Positions 47,301-55,388 of a stretch of 64,000 nucleotides of DNA are shown here, one piece after another; the first letter of the stretch is position 1, and each line of letters starts with the position of its first letter. The translations under genes were made by a program, and so were the position numbers. Where the stretch lies: the IMG/VR virus record IMGVR_UViG_3300009420_000006, positions 1 to 64,000 of that record; one strand, 5' to 3'. The notes below the pieces were generated by a model. That model was given only the letters and a program-made list of their open reading frames with translations, was not told the DNA's origin and searched no databases. This DNA is from a virus. Taxonomy: Duplodnaviria > Caudoviricetes.

Positions 47301-48969
47301 AGGTCAACAAAGAAATGGTGGTAGTATACCTAAAGCTCAAATTGGTGACAAGGTAGCAGCTATAGCAAGTTCTATGGAAGCTAATGAAGAAGATGGAGGA
47401 AGACCGCCTGCAAGTTTTAATAGTATAGAAAGTATTGGGGGTTTCAAAAGATATATGCAAGATGCTTTTAACTCAAGTATGGATGAAGAAGGTTTGTGTA
47501 GAGATAACACATGTGTTCAAACAGTAAAAGATTTTTATAGTAAAGCTGGTGTAAAGGCTATGCCTGACGATGTTTATAACAATAGAGAGTTTTTAAAGAA
47601 CTTTAAAGAGTATGGGTTTGAAGAAATATTAGATCAGAAAAATCTTCAACCAGGAGATCTATTACAATACTACTATGGTGAAGATAGTGAAGGCATAGAT
47701 GTAAATCAGGACCTTTTAAACTTTCCATATCACATGGGCGTTTATGTAAACCCTGGAGAGTACATTGGAGATGGTGATAGTGAAGCTCCTATTCAAAGAC
47801 AAAGTATGTATACAGGTACTAAGGATGGAAAAGAATACAAGAAGGATCCTTTCAGAGCATTTAGATATACTAAACAAAACAAAAATGGTGGATGGTTATC
47901 TAAGTATGAGAACGGTGGTGTGATAGAAGATGACAGAGGGCAATGGGCACACCCAGGAAAAATAACTAAAATCAACTCCAACAAAATAACAATGAAGGGT
48001 GTTAACTACCCTGTACTTGGAATATCTGATACTGGTGACAAGAAGATGATGCAACCAGGAAAAGATTACAAGTTTGATGGTAAATCTGTAACAGAGTATC
48101 CTATGGCACAGGATGGACTTAAACTTAAAAAAGCAACACCAAGCTTTCCATATATAAACAGAGTGCCTGACGTTTCACCTCAAGTAGAGTTTTTAAAGAA
48201 CTGGACAAATTCTCCAAGAGGTCAAGAACTATTAAGTAATAGTTTTGATGGAGATGAAAAAGATATAGAGAGAGTAACTTCTAAAAGAATAAATAATTTA
48301 GATAATGTTGATGTTAGTATGGATGACAATGCTGACGATTTCCTAGGTAGATATAATCCTAGTAGGCATGACATTAAATTAAACTCTAGTCTTCTAGATA
48401 CATCAGAACCTAAACAAGTAGGTAATCAAGATGAAGATGTAATAATTCATGAACTCTCACACGCTCAAGACTTTTCACCAGGTGCTGAGTTTAACAGATT
48501 AACTATGCCATTTAGTGATCAAAAGCTCATTAAAGACTATAGAAAGAAAACTCTTAAAGAGACAAAGAATTTAGATGTGGAGAGAAAGTTTAAGAAAGAT
48601 CTTAAAAAAAGAATTAACTATATAGGTGATCCAACAGAAACTAGAGCAAGACTTAATTCTATTAGATATTTCTATGAAACTAGTCCAATTGGAAAAGAGG
48701 AAGGAATGCCTAGTATATTGGATTCAGAGGTAACTCCTGAGATGATGGAAGTAATGAAAGACAATGCTCAGTTTAAAGAATTAAGAGAAGTATATGATGA
48801 TGATCAGATACTAGAACTCCTAAATACAATATCGGATAATAGTAAATCTTCTGGTAAATCTAATATGAGATATGCAAAACAGGGAAGATCCTTGGAGAAG
48901 AAGGCTCAATTTACTAACTTTACAAATTATAACACCCCAAAACCAGGAGGCTGGTTAGACAAATACTAA
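44377..48969 (+). CDS. multi-cassette cargo-like protein: three HExxH zincin-like modules and an NlpC/P60-like domain
   Basis: HELVH (45013), HENSH (46858), HELSH (48448); CVQTV...LQPGDLL...YHMGVY; recurrent PKAQxG and GGWL junctions. Confidence 0.75.
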   Translation: MALTPGKAKKMLSDGTVHGQSLSNKQKRYFGAIAGGATPMKAINGGWLDKFEDGGSLPKAQDGWFNDGEEKEEELIPNLTDEQKRIKEYNINYYESDKFKTRLKNMHEDYPSTFYLDKTKKERDNLLETNPRKSGVLDRMVSNMENNTGYYKPLDVDSVSKRALKKLKTSNSVSYNNEDDSHAGLPINLNSTEKGMTGQIKPKLFNLDEVFSHELVHNVPVPYTDVFNDTVSSKMTGALDWHDKEVEETRADVGGLRYILNKAGINDASKEDFNIKDLKQASEKLKDSDLFNRLRTIYSNDKDFIWIMNNIASTDNLDSQTSNISMAEDGTEIPKAQTGDKYTIVPEDGIELDEVVITGKSNKRKKKDKIREELFKDMPDFMKYGDDDYTLSAEQQQQLDDLGITDLDSYNEYFGTSYDRENAGNEFNYLNSYKPEREELISSIHSATNAAAKNIITAASFIPSPISGASLLSKTPQAYRALAGPLRQAYKYTANSPVGKAAYKYIGKPFRKALDYKPGGGPFSVGNYADMGSVGYGAYNIAPDVKELYNNPSWSNAGSVGIDALGFTPFLNKKFTGPLKNTLLPNFSDDVANLKNAITGPLNKITNPLSDFRVNLGKGIERFKTQGNVNARPFWKGFNENPVPSAAKFDKDWVSAPGFDQRYDKFVYRHQDPRLLDLQKSNDRLYNSGMDLLRQKQPDLFAQGPSTYGSQLTMPLSQISKMFPRLKLDADMLMGIKRQNAGILNTLDAAKNASMNLDQIAATGKFTKVFNTNSLSPDDLKYFEENSNVLGFFRNSENRAIINEDQLRAYYGNNPSKLSAYMRSVLNHENSHALDAGARATKPLYNNTTRAVIPEIVDDGKNVLTGVTQKNIEEVWPGFKNLSKKRQEKLAYLSEPTEVVARIKELRSQFIPKKFVGTDKQYEMSDDLIKKIMSEGKKGNTSVDATFFRLIKDKEAFKNLFKVLPAVAAPIAIGAGQQRNGGSIPKAQIGDKVAAIASSMEANEEDGGRPPASFNSIESIGGFKRYMQDAFNSSMDEEGLCRDNTCVQTVKDFYSKAGVKAMPDDVYNNREFLKNFKEYGFEEILDQKNLQPGDLLQYYYGEDSEGIDVNQDLLNFPYHMGVYVNPGEYIGDGDSEAPIQRQSMYTGTKDGKEYKKDPFRAFRYTKQNKNGGWLSKYENGGVIEDDRGQWAHPGKITKINSNKITMKGVNYPVLGISDTGDKKMMQPGKDYKFDGKSVTEYPMAQDGLKLKKATPSFPYINRVPDVSPQVEFLKNWTNSPRGQELLSNSFDGDEKDIERVTSKRINNLDNVDVSMDDNADDFLGRYNPSRHDIKLNSSLLDTSEPKQVGNQDEDVIIHELSHAQDFSPGAEFNRLTMPFSDQKLIKDYRKKTLKETKNLDVERKFKKDLKKRINYIGDPTETRARLNSIRYFYETSPIGKEEGMPSILDSEVTPEMMEVMKDNAQFKELREVYDDDQILELLNTISDNSKSSGKSNMRYAKQGRSLEKKAQFTNFTNYNTPKPGGWLDKY
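45373..47352 (+). repeat. 27-nt direct repeat pair flanking a cassette
   Basis: ATACCTAAAGCTCAAACTGGTGACAAG (45373-45399) versus ATACCTAAAGCTCAAATTGGTGACAAG (47326-47352), one mismatch. Confidence 0.85.
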
Positions 48970-48973
48970 TGAT

Positions 48974-51900
48974 ATGAAAGCTCAAATATTAAAAATAGCA
49001 GGCGTTAAGTCTGAAAAAGAATTCTACAAGAAGTTTCCTACAGAAGAAGCTTTTATGAAGAAGCATGGGAAAGAAATGAATAAGCTTGAGAAAGCTCAGA
49101 GGGGTAAGAATGTAGATCCTATTTTATTTGAAGATATAGAAAAAGAAGCTCTTTCACAGTTTGAACCAATTAAGGATCAAGCAATGAACTATGGTATAGA
49201 CTCTCTTACAACTGATGATGAAAAAGAAGCTGCATATATGAATCAGTTAAAACAAGCTGCATTATTAAAAGATATTGAAGGAGGATCATCAGGAATGAGC
49301 TTTGGTGATATTGGAGGTATGATAAAAGGTGTTAGTGGAATGTTTGGTGGTGGTGCAGAAGGTGCTGGTGGTGGTGAAGGTATGGGTGAAGGTGCGAGTG
49401 AGATGATGAGTGGAATGGGTGGTATGATGAAAAAAGGTGGTAAGGTTGAAAAGTTTACACCTCATATGATGTATGACCCTAAGACTAAGAAGGGTAAGAA
49501 AGCTAAAACATTAAAGGAGCACTTAGCTCTTAAGAAAAAAGGTTGGGGTCATGATACACCTAAAGCTCAATTTGACGGAAGTTACTTTGAGGACCAAGGT
49601 ATAACTGTACCTGAGCAATCTCAATATGGTAATGCTGATGGAGCTGGTATGTTCGGAAAATCATTTAGTACAGGACAATACAATGAAGATGGAAGTGCTA
49701 TGAACTTTGGTCAAAAAATAGGAGACTTTGTGCAAAATGACTTAGGTGCAATAATGCAAAGTCCTATCACGAAAGATATCATGCAGGGTCTAGGTAAGAT
49801 AAAAGGTCAGAAAGATGCTTTAAAAGATTTAAGGCAAATGGAAGCAGTTACTGATATAGCACTTACTGCTGCTATGAGTGAGCCAGAAAAAGTAGAAAGA
49901 GATTATGTTCGCCCAGAAGATTTTGTAAATACAGGAGAAGAGTTCTTTCCAGTATATGGTGTAGGTACAAACGTACTTGCAAAGAACGGAGCTACACTAT
50001 TTAACAATCCAGACTATGCACCAATACGTAATGTAAATAAAGCTAAAACTTTTATGCATGGAGGTTATTTACCTCAAGCACAGGATGGGGGAATTGGTGG
50101 TAGTAATGTTTCATATGATCAAGCCGGTAATTTTCTTGGAAACCTGGCATACGGAAATAAATCTCAGAGAGATGCAGGAAGTAACATAGGTGGAGGAGTT
50201 GGAAGAGGTATAGGTACACTTGTTGGTGGACCACTTGGTGGTGCTATTGGTGATTTTATTGGAAGTGGTATTGGAGATCTAGTAGATAGAAATGATAGAA
50301 GACAAAGAATAACAAGAGAAAATATTGATTCTAATGTTAAAGACATGACTTATATGCAAGTAGGTCCTCAGATCCAGGCAGGTTATGCATCTCATGTGAG
50401 AAAAGGTGGAAGAGTTCCTAGTCCTAATAATGACTATGGTATGATAGGAGCACCAGGTCCACAAGTATTAAAATCTTTTGATGGTAAGAACTTAAACAAC
50501 ATGTTGCAAAAAGCTTCTAGAATGCCAGATACACTTAAACAAGGTGGTTCTGTTTCTGGTAATGGAAATATTAAAACTCTATGGGGTGGAGATGTAAATG
50601 CTGTATCATATAATCCTTATGCTGGAGGTCAGAGTATGTACTTCTCTGGAAACTCTCATGACTATAGAGATCCTGAAACAGGAGAGACTGGTATTGGTGT
50701 AGCTTATGGACCTCAGTCTGTAGCTAATAATGAAGCTGTAGTAGAAGTTGAGAATGAACCAGCACAGATATTAGAAGAGAACGGAAAAGAAAATCTAGTT
50801 ATATATGGAGATTTAAAAATACCAAAAGGTTATGCAAGTGAGATTGGTGATGAGAAAGCTGGAGGTCAGAAGTTTAAAAACTATGTAAATAATCTTAATG
50901 ATGAAGAAGCAAAAATTAATAAACAAATGGGAACAGCTGTAGATAATGCTGCTGATATTGATAATACTAAATGGGGAGAACTTTTAAGATCTACCTCAGA
51001 TGCTATTATTAATGGTGGTGATATGAAACTAAAAAATATTGCTAATAAGAAAAAAATATTATCTGATCTTCAGACTGCATTGAATGACACGTTTGAAGAG
51101 AATGGTATAGAGGGTAATAAGTTTATAACTAAGGGAGTACTTGAAGATATTAAAGATACAGAGGACTATGCTAAGAATGGTAAGAAAGAAACATATACTA
51201 AATATGCTAAGGGTGGTAGAAAGATACCTAAAGCTCAAAATGACGGTAGCCTAGGTCCAGATGAAGGTCTTACTTTAAATGAGTTACCTTTTAAATCAGC
51301 TGAAGAAGCAATCGCTGCTGGTTATACTTTAGACGAAGATAAAAACTCAGAAAACTTTGGTAAATATTATATAGATGAGGAGTCATCAGACATGGAGACA
51401 AACACTGAAGTTAGCTTTAGGGAAGATATTCCTGAAGGTCAAAAGTTTGGAGGTTCCGATATAGGAAAAATGGTTAATAAAGAAATAACTTCTGAAGAAT
51501 ATAATAAGTGGAAAAAGGATAACAAATGGTTTTTTGATAAGAACCCTGATTGGAAAGCTGATACAAAAGAAGATGTAAAGTTATTCCAAAGAGAATTTAA
51601 TAAGGTAAATCCTAATAATCTGCCATCTATTAAAGTTGATGGATTATTTGGTGATCAAACAATATCAGCTAGATTTAAAAGTGAAGATAGTGAGACACCT
51701 AAAACAGAAAGACGTTACAGAGATGTTGAGGTAGGAGAAGAAGAAATTACTACTGAAGAAACTACTACTGTTAAAGGTAAAATACCATTTGATCCAAACT
51801 TACTTAGACCTCTATTTGATAGAGATGTAAAAAATGATTTAGACTATAATCAAATATTACCAGAGATAAATGCAGCTGCAAACAATCAACTTGATCCTGT

Positions 51901-52618
51901 ATATGCACAATCCTTTCAACCTAGGTTGAGAGTACCTTATGATATTAGCATGCAAGATGAAATGAATGCTATTACTTCAGCTACACGAGCAGCTACACAA
52001 AACCCAATAGTTCAAAGTAACCCTGCACTACTAGCAGCAATGCAAGCTCCACAATATGAAGCTATTAATCAAGTTAAGGCAAAGCAATTTAGAGCTAATC
52101 AGCAAATGAAAGATACAGTATATTCTGGTAATCTTGAAACACTTAATCAAGCAAGAATGACTAATCTGGGTATTTATGATCAACAACAAACAAGACAAAC
52201 TCAAGCTGTAGCTAATACAAAAGCAACACAACAAGAGATTGTTAAGTCTATATCTGATAAGTATCAAAGAAACAAACTAGAAAATAGAACAGAGAAAGTT
52301 CTTAGTAACCTATTTCCTAATTATAACTTTAGTGATAGTTTGGATTTAAACAACCAAGGATCAACTAACTTTTCTATACCTAATATATTAGGAGGACAGG
52401 CTGGTAATACAGGAAATGGCTTAAGTAGTATTCTTAATGTTGTTGGACTGCAAGGATTACAACAGTTAATGCAAACTCCTGGTTTTAATCCAGACCCAAA
52501 TCAAACTACCACTGATACTACAACAGCACGACATGGAGCTAAGCTCACACCGATAAAAAGAAAAGTAAAAAAGAATCAGAGAAATAGTAATATTCTAAGA
52601 GAATATAAAAATCTATAA
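48974..52618 (+). CDS. cargo/ejection-like protein with Gly-zipper and PG-binding-like motif
   Basis: GIGTLVGGPLGGAIGDFIGSGIG; GNSHDY...GIGVAY...EVENEP; KLFQREFN...VDGLFGDQT; many xxxGG and KAQ motifs. Confidence 0.65.
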   Translation: MKAQILKIAGVKSEKEFYKKFPTEEAFMKKHGKEMNKLEKAQRGKNVDPILFEDIEKEALSQFEPIKDQAMNYGIDSLTTDDEKEAAYMNQLKQAALLKDIEGGSSGMSFGDIGGMIKGVSGMFGGGAEGAGGGEGMGEGASEMMSGMGGMMKKGGKVEKFTPHMMYDPKTKKGKKAKTLKEHLALKKKGWGHDTPKAQFDGSYFEDQGITVPEQSQYGNADGAGMFGKSFSTGQYNEDGSAMNFGQKIGDFVQNDLGAIMQSPITKDIMQGLGKIKGQKDALKDLRQMEAVTDIALTAAMSEPEKVERDYVRPEDFVNTGEEFFPVYGVGTNVLAKNGATLFNNPDYAPIRNVNKAKTFMHGGYLPQAQDGGIGGSNVSYDQAGNFLGNLAYGNKSQRDAGSNIGGGVGRGIGTLVGGPLGGAIGDFIGSGIGDLVDRNDRRQRITRENIDSNVKDMTYMQVGPQIQAGYASHVRKGGRVPSPNNDYGMIGAPGPQVLKSFDGKNLNNMLQKASRMPDTLKQGGSVSGNGNIKTLWGGDVNAVSYNPYAGGQSMYFSGNSHDYRDPETGETGIGVAYGPQSVANNEAVVEVENEPAQILEENGKENLVIYGDLKIPKGYASEIGDEKAGGQKFKNYVNNLNDEEAKINKQMGTAVDNAADIDNTKWGELLRSTSDAIINGGDMKLKNIANKKKILSDLQTALNDTFEENGIEGNKFITKGVLEDIKDTEDYAKNGKKETYTKYAKGGRKIPKAQNDGSLGPDEGLTLNELPFKSAEEAIAAGYTLDEDKNSENFGKYYIDEESSDMETNTEVSFREDIPEGQKFGGSDIGKMVNKEITSEEYNKWKKDNKWFFDKNPDWKADTKEDVKLFQREFNKVNPNNLPSIKVDGLFGDQTISARFKSEDSETPKTERRYRDVEVGEEEITTEETTTVKGKIPFDPNLLRPLFDRDVKNDLDYNQILPEINAAANNQLDPVYAQSFQPRLRVPYDISMQDEMNAITSATRAATQNPIVQSNPALLAAMQAPQYEAINQVKAKQFRANQQMKDTVYSGNLETLNQARMTNLGIYDQQQTRQTQAVANTKATQQEIVKSISDKYQRNKLENRTEKVLSNLFPNYNFSDSLDLNNQGSTNFSIPNILGGQAGNTGNGLSSILNVVGLQGLQQLMQTPGFNPDPNQTTTDTTTARHGAKLTPIKRKVKKNQRNSNILREYKNL

Positions 52619-52659
52619 CAAATCTGATGAGAAAGAATTACCAGAATAGGTTATCCTAT

Positions 52660-52691
52660 CTTGGAAAGTTCTATAAATAATAATACATTTG
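52660..52691 (+). promoter_or_regulatory. Bacteroidota-type promoter
   Basis: CTTG (52660-52663), 20-nt gap, TACATTTG (52684-52691), just upstream of ATG 52699. Confidence 0.6.
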
Positions 52692-52698
52692 TTAAATT

Positions 52699-55377
52699 AT
52701 GGCATCATACCTAGATAACATACCTACCTTCAATGAATACGTAGAGCAACGTCCACAAGATGAGATGCTTAAGGTTGGTCTGTTCAAACAACAACGTTAT
52801 GAAGAAGGCGTTCAAAGAATTCAAAAGAGCATTGATAATATTGCTGGACTGGATGTAGTTAGAGATGTAGATAAAAAATATCTACAGTCTAAATTAAATT
52901 CTTTAGGGTCACAACTTTCTGGTGTGGCAGGAGGAGACTTCTCAAACTTTCAACTTGTCAATACTGTAGATGGTATGACAAATCAATTAGTTAAAGATCC
53001 TAATATATTAAACGCTGTAGGGTCTGCAGCTAAATATAGAAAGCAACTAGAGAATCAAGAAAAGATTAATGTAGATGGTAAAGGTTCTCAATCCAATGAT
53101 TGGGACTTTAATAGAAGAGTACAACAATGGTATGATGGAGGTCTTGAAGATTCATTCAATGCACAATTTAAACCTTATGTTAATTACAATGAAGAAGCTA
53201 TGAAAATAGTTAAAGCTCTTGCTTCTGATAGTACTGAGAATGATGTCTACATGGGTAAAGATAAAAATGGAAGAACAGTAATATATGATGCAATTACAAG
53301 AACTAAGATAGAAGGTATAACTCCAGATAAAATACAAACTGCTTTAAGTGCTGGTCTTACACCAGATGCTTTTGCACAAATGGGTATAGATGGAGAATTT
53401 CAGTATTCAAATCAAGATGATGAAATATTTTCACAGAACGTTAATGAAAGTTATAGTTCTACTTTTAATGCACTCTTGGAAGAAAGAAATAGCCTAGAAA
53501 GTTTAATGAGTAAAACATCCACTGCTGAAAAAAAGATACAGATTCAAAACCAAATAGATGCTTTAGATGCTCAAACTAATTTACTAAAAGAAGAATACGA
53601 TAATGTATCTAGTACATTTACTAATGGAGATGTAGACAGTGCAAAAGCTAGACTATTTTCTACTAACTGGATGAGAGATTTTTCTAACTCTATGTCTAGT
53701 CAGAATGTTTCTCAAACTATACAAACCAATCCTTTTAAGACAGTACAGTTAAAACAGATGCAGATGCAACAAGCTGCTGCTCAGTTTAATGCTAAATATC
53801 AACAGACAGAAAAATATAACAAATCACGACTAAAAATAGAACAAGCTAAATTAGATCTAGCAAAAGATCCTTATGGAGGAGTTTCTCAAAGCAACCCAGG
53901 AGAATTAAGTCCTGCAGAGATTATAGCCAGAGCAGAAGTAAATATTTCCAATGATGAAAAACTATTAGAAACTAGAACATCAAATGTACTTTCTAAATAT
54001 AATATTACTCCAGATGAGTTAAGTAACATGATGATTCTGTTAGATTCTAATCCTGCTTCACTACGATCAGATATTAAACAAGATCTAATTCAAATTCAAA
54101 AATTATATAAAAAGAATACTAACTCACAAAATGTAATTACGCAATTACGTGATGAGTCTAAATTGTTGTCTCCAGATCCTAGAGGTGATGGTGGGACGCT
54201 TACATTAGATGAATATAATTATACAACAGCTGAGGCTTCAGATCTTTATAAACAATTTGCAGTAGACTATATGGATGATGTATATGTAGACAGTTTGCCG
54301 ATGATATTTATGAATCCTGGATCTACTAATAAAATTACTGATGAGTCATACGCATTAGCAGAACAGGAATTAACACCTAAAGAATTTAACTTATTTAAAT
54401 TGTTTTATATTGAGGAGCAAGATGCAAATAATCCATTTGAATTTAATGATCCTTATGATGTAAATTATGTTAATCCTCAAGATAAGAGAGATATAGATAA
54501 TAACATTCGAGACTATATGATTGATACTAGAGGTATTATGGAACGTGTAAATGAAGAAAGAAATCAATATATAAGTGATGAGCTTGCAAAAACTACTATT
54601 ATTCCTCAAGCTGTATCTTATCAAGTTCCCTTAACTAATACTGCAGAGAAGTCATCCTTTTCTTCAGCGTTGTTAGGAATAGCAAATGATAGACAAAGTC
54701 TTGATGCAGACTTTGCAAACAAGATACGTACAATAGCAAATGATATTAGTATTGCTAATGTTATTACACAAAGTCTAGAGGGTGGAGATTATCAACTTAC
54801 TATAGTTGGTGATGGAGGTGGTCCAGGTACTGTTCCTAACAAAGAAACTATTTCTCTTAGTGAAGCACAATACGAAGAATTATTTCAAGGTAGGTTTGAT
54901 AAAAGTCCTGAGGTACAATTCTTTGATGATAACTATCTTAACCCTATGTTAAATACTGTAATGCCATTAATACCAAACCCTAATTCACCAAGTGGTTATA
55001 GTAAAGATAATCAAACATTTTGGACTACTGCTACCGATGGTCAATATGAAACAACTGCAGAAAATGCTGGACTATCAGGACAAGCTGACTTTCCTAACAC
55101 TCAATACTATGGTGTTAGTGGAAATCTTGTAAGTGATAATAATCCTAAGTCATTAGAAACTACATATAAATTAATATTAAATATATATGATCCAGTTACT
55201 GATAAGTTAATTCCAAGCATAATGCCAGAAATGATAATAAGAAAAGAGCAAGTAGGTCCTACTTTACAAACCATAACTGATGAAGTAATATATCAAATTC
55301 TTAACGGAACTGATGCACAGTTTACTAATGAAAAATTCAACGAATTAAAAAAAGCAGCAGAAGGTAATCAGAACTAA
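52699..55377 (+). CDS. cargo/ejection-like protein preceding the giant protein
   Basis: 892 aa, helical; KQQRYEEGVQRIQ...GGDFS N-terminus; crAss synteny. Confidence 0.65.
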   Translation: MASYLDNIPTFNEYVEQRPQDEMLKVGLFKQQRYEEGVQRIQKSIDNIAGLDVVRDVDKKYLQSKLNSLGSQLSGVAGGDFSNFQLVNTVDGMTNQLVKDPNILNAVGSAAKYRKQLENQEKINVDGKGSQSNDWDFNRRVQQWYDGGLEDSFNAQFKPYVNYNEEAMKIVKALASDSTENDVYMGKDKNGRTVIYDAITRTKIEGITPDKIQTALSAGLTPDAFAQMGIDGEFQYSNQDDEIFSQNVNESYSSTFNALLEERNSLESLMSKTSTAEKKIQIQNQIDALDAQTNLLKEEYDNVSSTFTNGDVDSAKARLFSTNWMRDFSNSMSSQNVSQTIQTNPFKTVQLKQMQMQQAAAQFNAKYQQTEKYNKSRLKIEQAKLDLAKDPYGGVSQSNPGELSPAEIIARAEVNISNDEKLLETRTSNVLSKYNITPDELSNMMILLDSNPASLRSDIKQDLIQIQKLYKKNTNSQNVITQLRDESKLLSPDPRGDGGTLTLDEYNYTTAEASDLYKQFAVDYMDDVYVDSLPMIFMNPGSTNKITDESYALAEQELTPKEFNLFKLFYIEEQDANNPFEFNDPYDVNYVNPQDKRDIDNNIRDYMIDTRGIMERVNEERNQYISDELAKTTIIPQAVSYQVPLTNTAEKSSFSSALLGIANDRQSLDADFANKIRTIANDISIANVITQSLEGGDYQLTIVGDGGGPGTVPNKETISLSEAQYEELFQGRFDKSPEVQFFDDNYLNPMLNTVMPLIPNPNSPSGYSKDNQTFWTTATDGQYETTAENAGLSGQADFPNTQYYGVSGNLVSDNNPKSLETTYKLILNIYDPVTDKLIPSIMPEMIIRKEQVGPTLQTITDEVIYQILNGTDAQFTNEKFNELKKAAEGNQN

Positions 55378-55388
55378 CTAAGAATAGT

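Noticed and set aside
52624-52668. Possible hammerhead ribozyme (CTGATGA ... GAAA)
   Set aside because: The base after CTGATGA (G) cannot pair with the base before the distal GAAA (G), and stems I and III are not evident. It is only a hairpin overlapping a promoter.
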